A DNA stretch of 64,000 nt from Lama guanicoe (Eukaryota): positions 9,612,738-9,676,737 of the forward strand of contig MU055600.1 in assembly GCA_013239625.1 (NCBI GenBank), in the 5' to 3' direction. A program made the position numbers and the translations under genes. This document shows positions 24,836 to 38,569 of this stretch, piece after piece. The notes below the pieces were generated by a model. The model made no database searches. It saw only the letters and a program-made list of their open reading frames with translations, and was not told the DNA's origin. Numbering within the stretch: position 1 is the stretch's first letter; the number at the start of each line of letters is the position of its first letter.

Positions 24836-27800
24836 AACAGGATGACATTGGTGGGGCAAGGAACTAGCCAGCTGATGACCGATGTTCACCTTAACAGCTT
24901 GCCCTCAACAAGTCCCACCTGCACCCACAGATATACTAGTCACGCATCACCACTCAAAGACCAGGAGGAGGCCTGCAATCCTGGACGTACCTGCATGGCC
25001 TAGGCTGAATCAAGCCCCCACTTAGAGCCTCAACCACTCGTCTTACAATGGAGATGTCTCTCTTGGTTTCTTACGTTCTGGACACTCCTTTACAAAGGCA
25101 AAGCTACAGTATATACGTTCCTGAGTCCCTACGTCCAACTCCGGACTGGGTGACCTCACGGCTCCCCGCAGAGCGTCTCACTCTCAGCCACAGTGAGTCC
25201 AGAATGAGAAGGCAGGACCCCTTTGGAGAGCGGGGCTCCATTTTCCAGCTGCTGGGCCTGTTCACATCTCAGAATCCTCCATCTCCGCTCCCTCCCTTAG
25301 CAGCAAGAATCACAGGCACCAGCAGATTCAGACAAGTCACATGGCAGCAGCAGGCATGTGGGGGCCCTCTTCTCCACCCTCCTGCCACACCCCAGGAGTT
25401 AAGAGCCTGCGGCACAGCTGCAAAGCCCCAGCTCCAGAAGGTCCGAGCTTGGACAGTGGTGGGCCTTGAACACAGCAGGGGGCCGGGGACCATGACGCTG
25501 GAAACCCGTCTATTCCCTACGAGCACGAAGCAGAAGCCTCCCACAGACCAAAGCGTCTTCCAAAATCTACAAATGGATCTCATTCGGAGACATGGAAACA
25601 CCCAGTGGCTCGAATAAAATAGCCTTGGCTCACTCTAGTTGTCTGCAGGGAGAAGCATTTGGAGACCAATACCTGAGCTTCGTGCGCGGATGGGGTGGTG
25701 AGATCTGAGACGGGGCAGCAGAAGGAAAGGAAAATAAAAACAGACTCCATCCCACCATAAATCCTCCCCCAGGAGCGAACTTCCTCCCAGCCATGGGGAT
25801 AAGAACCCCACACGGTAACTGGGGAGCTTCGGCACAGAGGGGCTGGACTGGGGCCAAACGCATAAAACAAATCACTTCCATGTGGAGAACCCCATGTACC
25901 AACGAGATCCCAGCCTCCAACACCCATCTCGAGTAGCTTCTTCCCCTGAACCGAAGTAGGGAAGAGGAGGTCAAAGGGATTAATTTGTGCCCAGTCCTAC
26001 TATTTGCTCAATACTGCAAACAGAGGCAGGTGTTCCTGTACCCCTTTCACAGATAAGAACATGGAGGCAGAGGGGTAACTTCCCAAATTTTGCAGAGCTA
26101 AAGCCTGGCCAAAGAAGGGCTCTCTGTTCTTGTTCTGGGTCCTGAGCCTGTGTTCTTGCCATTACCCAAGGCTGCCTTTCCTCTATCCTCCCCTGCTTTA
26201 TGATCCCCAAGACCACAGAAGCTCAGCCCTCCATCTTCCCCCTTCCTCTCCTCCTGCCCAACTTCTGTGCCCCTGTTCATCCCAGGACTCCAATGCAGCA
26301 TCTTCCCAAGGGAAAGGGCAGGAGCCCTACCCACTCACCCAGGAGGCCCTGGGGAGGAGGGTGTGGGTGGGGAAGACTGTGGGAGGAAAGGGCGCTGTTC
26401 AGGCCCTAGGGAGTGGCAGGAGCGAGCCATTTCCATTTCTGACGTCCACACATCTATTTAGGCCTCTTTCTGTGTTTATTTTTATCCTTCATACCGTGCT
26501 GCTCCCAGCTGCCTCTGGTGAAGCCATCTGACCCGCATGCCAAAAAGTGATGGATTTTCCTAGGAGGCGAGGGCATCAATCTGCTTTTACTGCCTGGCTG
26601 GCCGGCCCAGCAGAGTCTGGGTCACAAGTCTCAGATGCTGGGACACTGGCAGGGGAGGAGGAGAGGGGGGGATACACAGATCAGGCCGTGGGAAGACCTC
26701 GCAGTCTCCAGCCCGGAGGGGGCTGCTAGAGAGAGCACGGGGCTGGTACACAGTGGGGAGCGTCCTTGGGAAATGGAGAGGTTTCCTTGCCCCTTCTGAC
26801 CTGGCTGTTCCCTAACTCTTTTTTCTGGGAGAGTCACCAATGGGTTCCACCAGAGGAAGCCACCTGTAAGGCTGCCTCTTCCGGCAGGACAGCGGGTCCA
26901 TCAGCGAACACAGAACAAGGATTTCTATGTTTCAGCTACTGCTCCACATTTCCCTCTGCACTGAGGCCCAAGATACTCATTCCGCACATGTGGGATTCAC
27001 TTCTGGGAGGTCTTCTAGGCCTGGAGCAAGCCTGACCTACAGCAGAATAATTAAATCAAGGAGGCTACCAGCTACCTCTGTGTAGAAGACCTCAGGGCTC
27101 TGAGAGGTCGGCGGGCAGGCTGTGGTTACCCCCTGGTCCTGAATCTGCTCACCCGGGCTGCTTCATCCTGGGAGGATGAAGGTACTTCTGTGACCTGCAG
27201 AGACCCACTGGTCATAGACGTGGCCGGGGACACAGGTGACCACTGTCAGCTTCACCTGTATGCTCTAGGAAAATGAGGGTTTGGCAGCCATGGACGACTT
27301 ACCCCTGCCGACCAGGGATGAAGAGGAAGCATAAAACCCTGGAAAAATGGTGTCACTGAAAGAGTGAGGACTGGGGGAGAGAGACACCTGTATTTGAGTC
27401 CTGACCCTGCTACTAACTGTGCCTTCTCCCCCCTCAGGCTCTGGGTCCTTATCTGAAGGATGGAAGCATTTGATATCTACTCGGCAGAGTTGTCAAGAGG
27501 ACCGATTTTAAAATTCGAGGTAATAGAGATAATAGGAAATATCTGAAACATAATAGACATTTAACTACAGCACATTTCCTTCTTTTCTGCAAGATTTTGA
27601 TTTTAACTAAGAGCTCAATCTACCCGAGAACAAAAGAGTGGCTTGGAAAGAAACTCGGAGTAGAGTGGCAATACTCTTCTGAAATAAAATGAGGTGGCAT
27701 GGGGTGGGGGGTGGAGGGGTCACAGCTGCCTATCCCAGCCTGCCTCCGCAATGTCCAACCTCCTCCTTCATGTCCAGAATAGTTTGCGGGAGGAGGTTTG

Positions 27801-30800
27801 TCAGACAAGGGAATAAAGACATCAAAGGCAGAGACAGCCACCTACGAAAGACTGCTATTGATCAACAGAGAAAAACCAGATTACCCAGGGCCGGCAGTTA
27901 TAAATAATGGTGATCCCAACTCTGCCGTGTGCCGACAGTAAAGTCAGTCCCCCAAAGCCAGCCTGCTCCCTCAGTCAGACTCAAAACACCTTGAGAGAAA
28001 TTCATCGACCGCCTTGGTGCTTTGGCTAGTTACTGTCCTAGGAGGCCCAGCAAGCGTGCAGCTCTGAGATCATCCTCCCCCGAAGGCTGTCACCTTAAGG
28101 GCCTCCCAACACCCCTAAGGGCTGGCCCTGAGGTCTCTCAGCTGAGCCCTGGCAGGTCTTCCTAACCACGTTGCCTTCCCTTCTTTCCTGGTCCATTGTA
28201 ACACCCAGTTCCTAACTGGTTCCTAGGTGCTTCGCTAAGACCACTCAGATCTTTCGTCCATCAACTCTGTCTCACTCTTTGCCCATCTCTTTCGGCTTAT
28301 CGGTATCCCTTGTGCCCCTATTAATATAAAAATAACTCGACATGCATTGTCTCACTCATCTTCACAGCTCTCTTATACACAGCGCATTGCTACCCAAGTG
28401 CTACTGATGAAGAAGCTGAAGTTCAAAGTGATTGAGTAATTTGCCCGAGATCACCCAGCTATTAGAAGTGACCCACCAGACTCTAGACTTTAAAATGGTC
28501 AGAGAGTGCCACCCAGCCATCCTTCAGTCACGAGAGCCCCCTCTTCCTCTGTAACTCCCACTCCAGAGAGAGGCGCTGCTTTCTGGATTGGCAACAGTAC
28601 TTGGCGGACCCAACCACATCTGTAAGGACAGAGAGACTCTCTTCCAATGGAACCGACTCCCGCCACCCTTGGTCATCACCACCTGAGCTCCACCTGAGCA
28701 GAAGGGAAGACTTCTGGAGACAAGGAAGGCACCAGAAGGCAGAAGTCCAAGACCCCAACATCCCATAGAAGAACAGAGGGTCTCAGCCTCGGGTCTCTTG
28801 CATTCCAAGGTGAGTCCTGAGATCAACTGTGTGCAAAGGAAGAGGGAGACTCTTGGCAGGAAAGGTGGAGAGAGGGAACGGGGAGAGGAAGGGAGGATCT
28901 CTGAGAAGTGTGTGTTTTCTTTGCACGAGCCGGACCCTGGGGTCTCAGGCTGCCAAAAATGCTCAGAAGAAAACACTAATGCAATAGCACACATTTAATT
29001 ACACATGAAATGGAATGTCTTTAAATGGAAAAGAATAACATTCCTGGAGCTCCAACTGTGGGCTTCTGAAGCGGCCGGAGGCAGATAGGTCAGCTCTGAA
29101 TCTTTGAGACCGCCGGGAGGGCAGGACCCCTGCCGCTGCCGGTGGTGGGAATGTCCGCCTGCCATCACAGACCTGTCCCTGCTGCTGGCCCCACTGGCGG
29201 TGCCTATGTGTCGCAGGGCACGTGGAACTAACTTCCCCTCTTATGTGGTATCGCATAAGAACATGACCAGGTAAACGTGCCCACAAGCCAGCTACAGACC
29301 CTTTGCCGTGGTCTGCAGCCAACCCAGCCAGCCCTCCACCTGGACAGAAGAGCAGAGCATGGCTGCACTGTCCCAATGACCGCTCTTGCAGAGCAATCCC
29401 CGGATGATTTACAGACTAGGAACACGAGAGGACCTCCTGGGTCCATGTCAAGGATTTTCCAAGAGAAGATATTTCAAAGGCTAGAGAGCCAGCAGAAGAA
29501 CTCTGCAGAATTTCTCTTGGAGGTCTAGATTTTTAAATTAGTCCCCAGTTACTAACCACATGGAGGTAACAATGACATGGAAAAGGATTCCAGTCTGAAG
29601 GAACACCAGCGTTGTCTGCTGCTGTCGCTGCCCCGCGGTGAGGCTGACCCAGGACTGTTTGTCTAAGCCCCCGGTGTTTCTGCAGGCTGGCCCATATCCC
29701 ATCCCACGGCTCTTCTCTGGGAAATGGGGCTTCCCCACCCCACGTCTTTTTCGGAGTTTGATGGCTTTGCAAAGGGGCTCTGAAAGGTGCTAGCAGATGC
29801 TCAAATCAAAAGGGCAATACCGTGTGTTACTGACTTTGTAGACAGGGTCTAGCCCAGAGCCCAATACACAGTAGGTGCTCATTAACTATTTGATGAATGA
29901 GCGAATGAACTAAAAAGCACCTCCAAGGCACTGCTAGAGACTTTAGCAAGAAAAACATTACAAAGAGGGAGGAAGAAGGGAAGCTGAGGGAGCAGTAAAA
30001 AGAAAAGAAAGATGAGGGAGAACGGGACAGGAGCCAGGAATTTCCAAAGAGCAAACTTATTTATGTCCTGGCTCCAAGACTGGCCCCAGGAACCAGGATC
30101 ACACTGAACCAGGACAGTTCCGAGACCCACATCCTACCCCTCCGTCTCTGGCAGCTCAGACTTCCGAGCAAAGCGCCCGAGCCGGTCTGCACCTGCCGGA
30201 ACTCAGCAAACACCAGGGCTCCACCCCAGGGCACGTGTGCGCCCTTAGGCCAGAGGTAGCGGTCTAGGACGGCAAGACACCGTGTTCCCACCAAGATGAA
30301 TAAATAAACAAGACACCCTGCTGTTTCTGGAAGCGGTGAAGAGAGAGGATCAGCGGAGGACTGTCTGTTCTGGGGCGGTTTCCAGCTCACGTTTCCTGAC
30401 ACAAGAAGTTCAGAGAGTCAGGCTAAAGTTCAGATGTGTTTCTGCCCGCAGGTGCTACCCTCGTAGATCCAACACTGTGAGCACAGGCATCTACTGACAT
30501 CACGGGTCCCCAAGAGCAGCTTCCCTGACCAAGCCTGTCCTTTCCTACCCACTTCCTTCACCTCCATGTCACGCTGGCCCTTCTCATGGTGAGAGGACCC
30601 CTCTGGCTCTCATTAAGTGTGAACTGCCCGAGCCAAGAGTAAAAAGCAAGAGAATTCCCCAAAGAGAGCATCTGGAATTGAGAAGTTAGGTGCTGAAAGA
30701 TAAAGCTCAGGCTCCAACTGGGAATCTGTCCCTCCGACAACCTGCTCAGTTCCCCACTTCCTCCCCCTCTCCTGGCCTGGATGTTCCCTTTCCAACTTGA

Positions 30801-31639
30801 CCATGTCAACCCCTCACTCAAAATGCCCACACAAGGGGTTCACTCTGCATCTCAGCCTCCCCGGAGGCTCTTCTCCAATAGCAGCTGCCCGAGGATGCTG
30901 CCTCAGCCTCCCACCCCCAGCATCTAACTCCGTTTCCTCAAGTGCCTCTGGTGACATCATGGTTTCTCACAGAAAACACAGCATAATATATGCAAGCAGG
31001 TTCCTTCCAGCTCCGGAGCTCTGGGCCAAGACACAGACTGCAGGGCACCGTGGAGCCAGGAGGCTGCATCTTCACACAGAAAGTCTTGAGGTCAGGAAGC
31101 AGAAATGCCAACGAGAACCACAGGGTGAGCCAGAGGACAACAAACCAAAGGACCACAATCACCCATTCACGGAACATGCCACTGGCCTGGGCAATTACCA
31201 GCTCCCTTGAGTCCAAGAGAAAACTGAACCCCTTCTAGCAGGAGAAGGAGGAGAGGGCATTATGAGACCTGTGTAGTCACAGATAACAATATATCCAAAT
31301 ATACAAAACAAAGACAAAAAGAAGAAGAAAGGACACCGGCATTCGGGCACAGGGAGTGGAGAAGAACCTGGCTTCAGAATGAGGCAGGACTGGGTATAGA
31401 GTCACACTCAATGACCCATCCTAGAAGGCAGCATTTGACAATTTACTAACCCAGTTTCAAGCCTTGATGTTTTCCTGAATGAAATTAAGAAAATGTCCAT
31501 TTCATTGAACTGTCGCAAGGATTCGGTGAAATTGTGTGTGTACGGTGATGGGTCTGAAGTATGCTGAATGAACTCATGGCTCCAAAGGTTCATGAAGGAA
31601 CACACCAGTTCCTCCCACCCATCTGCCCCCTTCTCAAGC

Positions 31640-31820
31640 CTTTAGTGATCCTCCCTGATTACTTAATCTCACTGAGCCTCAATTGCCCCACCTGTAAAAT
31701 GGACATTAAAAAAAATTTGTCTGTTGCCTGGAGTGGTGGTAACTTTAAATGAGATAAGAGGTGTTAAATGCTTAGAACAGTGCAGGAGCACACAGTAGGT
31801 GCTCAGTACACATTAGCTCA
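31640..31820 (+). mobile_element. MIR SINE
   Basis: ttacttaatctcactgagcctcaattgccccacctgtaaaatgg...taaatgagataag...tgcttagaacagtgc...cacacagtaggtgctcagta. Confidence 0.8.
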
Positions 31821-34800
31821 GCATGTCAGTGCCCACAGGGTAGTCTTTAGTCTTAGTTCTGATATTTGAGAACTCTTGTAACATGGCCCAAATCCCCAAG
31901 CTTTTTCCTCATAAATTTTCTACAGAAACGCATAAAACAGGTGCAACAGATGGACAGACTGGGCACTCAGCATCCTCTGAGCTCACCTCATGAGTACATG
32001 CCCATGTGTCTGCACGCACCCCGGTCCTCCATCTGGGGTGCCCTCCTCCCACCTCCACTAGGAACAATCAACCCATGCTGCAAGATCGGCGCTAATCCCA
32101 TGTTCTCCATAAGATCTTCTGCCAGTCATCTTTAAAAAGATCTAAAATGTCTATTCCAAATGCAAGAACAGGTGCTTGAGGACCACCTCTGCTTACTTTG
32201 CAAACTTAGCTGACCCCCTCCCCCCACCGACTAGCTCAGAGGAAGCAATCCCTGAACATCCCCGCTATGTCACCGGCGTGTACGGCACTGGCCAAGACCA
32301 GGATGAGAAGCGGCACCAGGTGTTAGGTGGGCTGGGGCACGGGCCCCGCCCTGGGCCTCCTCCAACCACTAGCTGCGAAAGGTTGCTGCTGTCTGATGGC
32401 CTGGGGAGGTCTGCATGCTCTCATCCTCTCCCAGCAGTGAACTTAATGAAGACTTCAGTTTCAGCACAAAGAACCCTAGGAGTGAACAGGTAGAAACGGT
32501 AACCCAGTGAGGCCACAGACCCCACCTGAGAACCCTGGCAGCCCTTTCTACAGGAAGGTTCAACTTCCGTCCTGCCCAAAGCCGGAGGCAGGGCTCAGGC
32601 ACCAGACAGAAGGTGAGCTATGGTGGGGCAGGGAGGGCAGGACACCCAGTCTCCAGGACCAGTGGGATTCAGAAACCACATCCTCACATGGGATGCTTAA
32701 CCTTGAGGCTGTCTTCAAGAGAAAAGACTCATCTGTCCTCTTCTTTGCCCAGGGCTTAAACTGGGACCTAATCGGGACCTTACAAACGTCCACATGCTCT
32801 CCTTGAAAGGGCTTCCGCCGGGCGAGAGAGATGGCATCTCGGGCTGTGCTGGTCACCCAGTGGGTAGCTTCCTGTCTTCCTCCAGCTGCTGTTGTGCGGA
32901 GGGGTGGCGGGGATAAACCTCACCTGCTCATCCCCACATCCTCTCCCTCCCCCAGGGGCCCACAGCTCCCTGGCCTCCAGCTTGGCTCTGCTCACACATG
33001 CTTTTTTTCAGTCCTATCTGCACGAAGTGCTCTTCGCTGTAGGTTCACTGCTGTTCATCCCAGGATGCTGGGCCACGTCTGCCTTCACCTGGCCTCGGGG
33101 TTTGCACCCTGCTCTTCCAGACTCCATTGGAGGCCCCTGAAACCCACCTCCGCAGCCTGTGGAGGCCGTCGGGAGGCCGGGGGGGGGGCGCGGCTGGGCC
33201 CCTTCCAAGAGGGATGTTCCGCTCTCCAGAGCCCTCTTCCAGAGCTAAGGCGTCCTCCGGTCACCGGCCCCCTCCCTCTCTGAGCCTCCCGCTCTGGTCC
33301 TCACTCTCTTCAGCCCTAGATCTGATGGGTTCCAAGGGTCAGAGTGCGGAGCCCATGGGTCCTGGCCACGCAGACCCGGGGTGCGGGCAGGCTGAGCTGG
33401 GCACAGTCCGCAGATTCGTTCCGCATGGCCTCCATGATCCCAGATCCCAGCTTCCCGTGTGGAAGCCCGCTCGCTCTGCCAGGTGTTTTCCCACCACATC
33501 CTCTGAACTGACTTCCAAGAGTTCCTCCACACCAGATGTTAAATGCACTGGCCGGTGGTTTCCTGGCCCGTCTCCTGAACCTCCCCTTACCCTATAATTC
33601 TGCACACACACACAAAACCACAAAGAAAAATTTCACACCGGTGGAATTTCGGGTGCGCCACCTGACCCCTGGAATCCCTCCGCGGACTTCGCAGTGCAGA
33701 CTAGGTCTAATTTGAGTTTGCCAAGTTCCAAGTGTTCCCCTTCTCAGGCACTGGCTGAAGGCATCGCAAACACTCATATGGTGCCTTGGATCAGAAGATC
33801 ACTCTTTCTAGTTCTCCTAGTGCCCAAGGAAATGGAGCCACATAGACGTCTGAGCTTTGAACAATATCCCTATCACTCTTTCCTTACCAGTCCCTTGGAA
33901 GATCCCAGAAGTTGGGAGTTAAGTGGCTTTGGGGACTAATGTCGGTGGAAAAATCAGGAGAGGAAAGATCGCATTAAATATCACAGACCCCAGACTGGTG
34001 TTGCTGACAAGTGGGCACCCCTCGTTGTCAGGTCTGGGCGCCCTTGGGTGGTGCCCCCAGAGCACCAGCCTCAGGAATCCGAATAAGGCTCAGGAGCCCC
34101 ACAAGAGGCCATGTTCGTATCGCCTGCAGGTGGACCCAACTCCCTCTTCCCATCAGGCTGGGGGGTCTCGCCCCTCTCATTTTTCACAGGGGGCTGTTGC
34201 TTCATGTGGCGACATCCACACACCCTCCGTCTGCTGTGGCTGCCTCCACCAGAGCCCGCTGCAGCCTCCCTCTCCCGATCCCTGCCACCCCTCTCTCTCT
34301 CTGGGAACACGCGCTTCCTAACGGTTCGCCCTCCACATGCCTGCTCTCCACGTGGGTCATCGGCCTTCAGCGCCGGCCTGCTCTTCCCGGCTTTCCGCAG
34401 CCGCGCTGCTCCTGGCCGCCTTTAGCATGCGCGTGTGCGCACGTGTGCGCTTGCTTTTTCTCTGAAATAGCTCTCCATTGCAGGCTCCCCAGGCTGGCAG
34501 GAAGGACTCCTTGAACCTCTGTGGTGCAAAGCTCATGCAGAGCCTACAGGCCTGGGCTGCAGTCCCCTCCAGCCAGCTCTCTGAGAGGCCAGACTTTGAG
34601 CCCTTTGCACAGCCCCTCCCGCCCCACGGACGCAGGCAGAGGAATCATTTGAGATAAGATATTTCCCACACCAGCTCTTTTACCCTTTTCCTCTGGGTCT
34701 CTTCTCTGGGAAATTACCTATTTTCTCCTTTTCAGCAGAAAAAGCACAGAAGCTGAAAGGCTGGGCAGCTATGAGCCTCTCCTGCAAATGGATCTTGTGC

Positions 34801-35429
34801 CAATTACACATGGATGTCGTCCTGTATAACTTTTCTTTATCTGTGAGATTTTGGATCCAACATATGTGAATCTCCAGTGACTCCAGGTCATGACTTAGGC
34901 AGAATGATTTAGGAAATCCAAGTTATAAAATCAGGAAGGAATTAAATATTTGGATTGGAAACCAGTCATGAGGGGAAAAAATGTTCTCTGCAAAAGAGCA
35001 AAACCACTTGATAAATGTCTCATTGAAATGAGGAAGCCCACCCCCACCCCCTACAAAAGTTTCTAGCAGACCAGGGTTTGATAAACAGAATTCTCTGGGC
35101 AGTGCCCATGATTACTAATTTAATGTGTGTGAAAAGCTATGACAGCTCTTCACCTGATCTGCTGTCCTGTTTTAGTTTAGTGGATGTTCAGAATAAACAG
35201 ATTAATAAATAAAACCACCTATGAGTGCATTCATATGTTCCTGACAGCTACAATGATCTCAAGGGGTCTGATTATTTTTTTAATCTAAATCCTTTCATTT
35301 CTCATGTGCAATTTCTCTGGTAGATTTCCCAGGAGGATGGTCAGGAGAATGAACCATAAGAAGGTGCCTTTTTCTGGTCCTGTGGGAGCGGAAAGCAAAA
35401 GGGTTGGAGAGGCGCTTCTTATGCCATTG

Positions 35430-35610
35430 CGGTTAAAGGACCCAGCATTGCCATTAGATACATCCAGCTCTGCTACTGGCTAGCTGTGTGACACTGGGCA
35501 TCTTACCTAACCTCTCTGAGATTACATCTCTTCTGAGAAGTGCGATCCACCTTAGGTGTTTGTAAATGAGATAATATTGGTCTGTAAACCTCTTAGCACA
35601 ACACCAGGCA
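35430..35610 (+). mobile_element. MIR SINE
   Basis: ccagctctgctactggctagctgtgtgacactgggcatcttacctaacctctctgag. Confidence 0.75.
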
Positions 35611-36904
35611 TCTAAATCTAAGATCCATCTCCACTCCCTTAGCCAAGATGGCTCAGTTCGGGTTGCCTCGCAAATGCTCCACTCATCTCACCACTTGTGG
35701 ATACAGAGAAAACACACCTACTCCACTGCCCACTTGAAAAAGGAATTTGTCCACGGAAGCCTCTGCCTGCCACTTTCAGCTCTAGAAAACTCCAACGCTC
35801 CAGGCTGTATGCCTTCCTACAGGACCCTTTGCTTGGCTTTTGGAAGTTTTTGTTATCTGCTGTACTCTACAGAGGGTCAGGAGGCCTGGGGACACAGCAA
35901 GGCATGGGTTAGCCAGAGGGCAGCAGGTGACACATGATAAGCTCACAGTAGGTAGAGGTCACTCCGAGTGGCCTTTACACTGGCATATGGAGCCATGAGA
36001 GGGGCTGGATGGGACGTTGGCCAGTGAATGGCTCTGTGTCTGGGTCCTGGCTAAGAAGAGCATGGAAAGAGCTAGCAAATGTCTGCCCACAACAGAGCCT
36101 GTAGGTAACCCTTGCTCCAAACCTTCCTGGCAGGTACAGCCATTGACCCACTCCAGCCCCCTGCATGGTGGTGGTTCTAGATGGAAAAGAGGCCAGTGCA
36201 ACCAAAAATGTCATTTTGACAGTGAGGGATCCTGGGTCACCCACCTGGACTCTCCCGTGCACTGGCTGAGGAGCCACATACTCATTCAATCTGTAATGTA
36301 GTCAACAAATGGGCATTAAAGTTGCAATGTGGTTCCCTATGTGCTGGGGACACAGCGGGGAACAGACTGCCCTAAGTCTCCAGGAGCCCACTAACCTAGA
36401 GCGAAGGCGGACGAGTCATGGGGTAAGTCTGCCTCGGTGTGACAAGCCCCACAGTGGGGTAAGGCGAAGACCCCTGGGCACCTGGAGGGGGCATCCAGCC
36501 GGATCTTGAGGGATCGGGGAAGACTGTGCGGGGAAAACTATCTACTCTCTCTGAACCTCAAATTCTTTGTGCATAAGTGTGAAATATATGTAAAAATGAC
36601 TTTCACCCGACAGTCAAAATGAAAATGTTCCAGTTCTGTCATCCTCCAACAACAGCAGTAAAAATGCCCAAATAACATGCTGTAATTACTCTAGGTACTT
36701 ACAAACTGCGCCGCTGTTTGTTAGTAGGGGAAGGGGAGGTCCTTGAGAGGAGAGCTGCCCGGGAAGCCAGCCTGACTCTGATCACCACACCTCAATTCTC
36801 TGGCTGTGCCTAGAAACCTCCTATCGCTGGGCACAGTGGTGGGTTTTACTGCCTCCTTACCCTACTGGCTTGGCTCTAGCCAACCTCGATCAACATGACC
36901 AATG

Positions 36905-37120
36905 GAATCAGGCAGCCTGCGATCAGTTTCAAACTATGTCAATCATCTTGCTCTGTGATCTTGGGAAAGTTACTTAGCTTCTCTGGTCCTCCGCTTCTTT
37001 ATCAGTAAAAATTTTGGATATAATAATAATAGTGCCCACCTCATAGAACTGTTCTGACTATAAATGTGTTAGGATGCTCAAACCACTTAGTAAAGTATTT
37101 AAATTAGGCAAGCATCGTTA
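36905..37120 (+). mobile_element. MIR SINE
   Basis: ctgtgatcttgggaaagttacttagcttctctggtcctccgcttctttatcagtaaaa...taataataatagtgcccacctcatag. Confidence 0.75.
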
Positions 37121-37258
37121 AATGTCAGCAGTCATCACTGTCATCATCGTCCTCTTCATTATCAAGGTCTTCATCATCACGTTGACCACAGTCCCACAGA
37201 GAAAGCATTTCACATGGGTGGCACCCTCCTTGTGTGGTGGTATTAAGAGGTTGGGTTT

Positions 37259-37503
37259 TGGGTGGAGGAATAAATTGGGAGTATGGGATTTACAGATGCC
37301 CACTGTCATATGTGAAATAGATAAAGAGCAAGGATTTGCTGTATAGCATGGGAAACTATATTCAATATCTTATAATAAACCATAACAGAAAATAATCAAA
37401 AAAGGATATAGATATATGCATATATATGTGTAACCCAACCACTTTGTGGTGCACTTGAAACTGACAATATTGTAAATCAATTCTACTTCAAAAAAAAAAA
37501 AGG
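37259..37503 (+). mobile_element. Cetartiodactyl-type L1 3' end (5'-truncated) with poly(A) and TSD, inserted into a MIR
   Basis: ataaattgggagtatgggatttacagatg...tgtatagcatgggaaactatattcaatatc...tgtaaatcaattctacttc followed by poly(A); TSD gaggttgggttt at 37247-37258 and 37504-37515. Confidence 0.85.
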
Positions 37504-37515
37504 GAGGTTGGGTTT

Positions 37516-37695
37516 GACTCAAACTCAGGCATCACTGCCACTAGTGCATTGCTATTTTGAGCCTCAACTTCCTCATCTGTGAAATGGGCTAACAGAAGTA
37601 CCCATAGCAGGATATTGTTGCCAGATTAAATGAGATCACATATAGAAAGCAGCCAGCAGAGTCCCTTGAACAAAAGGAGCTCTTGGTAAATGGTC
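37516..37695 (+). mobile_element. MIR SINE (host of the L1 above)
   Basis: tgagcctcaacttcctcatctgtgaaatggg...gattaaatgagatcaca. Confidence 0.75.
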
Positions 37696-38569
37696 GTGGC
37701 TGGGTTGCTATAAGGAAGTCGATGGTTACTTCTAATCCAAGTGCAGACACTCTGTCCTTTAAGACAAGGTGACATACTTCATATAAAAGAGAAATAAATC
37801 TTCCTACTGCTTCCTTTGCCTCTCAGAGACTGTGAAAGAAGTCAGAAACATTTCACACTCCTGCTAGTTCTCTGGGCTGGTGGAAGTTGGACCGGAAGTA
37901 GACAGCCCATTGTTTAGCAGAGTTCATTAATTAGTCTGTGCAAAGGCAGGAGCAGGCTCAGTGCTGAGTAAGGAAAGAGCTAAATTGCTCTGGACATTGA
38001 AGCGCGGGGACTGGATTTCCCTGGGAGGAGATAAGCAAGGAGAACTTGAAAGAGAAAAAAGAAGGGCCTAAGCAGCATGGAGGTGGCCTGATGGTAGGGT
38101 GGCTGGAGGGCCATTTAGGGACTGAAATGTCTAAGAGACAATATTTGGTCATATGTGTTGCTACCGCATATTCTCCCCATGTAACATCAAAACTATAGTG
38201 AAAGCCACTCTCTGTGATGTTCTGAGCCTGAAACAGTGAACAAAAGGCATGTTTCACACACTGGGGGTAAAGATGCAGGAGAAGAGTGGTCCATGTAGGT
38301 GCTGAGGCAGTCTGTAAACTCACCCACCCAGGGAAAGCAGGAACCAAGCAAGAACCAAGAAGAACAAGACAACCTCAGCCTACCCCAACCCTGGGGATCC
38401 TTGAAGAGCCGGGACGGGATGTATATGTGGGGTGGGGCTCCAACAACTTCATCTGAAGGATGCTCAGCTGTCACCTGGCTTGTGAAATCATCCTCATTGT
38501 TCAAATCCCTTCGTGACATTGCCACTTGTGTGTCCAGCGGTCTTTACATGTAGCAGAGCCAGAAGAGAA

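Noticed and set aside
38286-38307. RE1/NRSE-like half site (gtcc...ggtgctga)
   Set aside because: Spacing and the second half-site do not fit the REST consensus.
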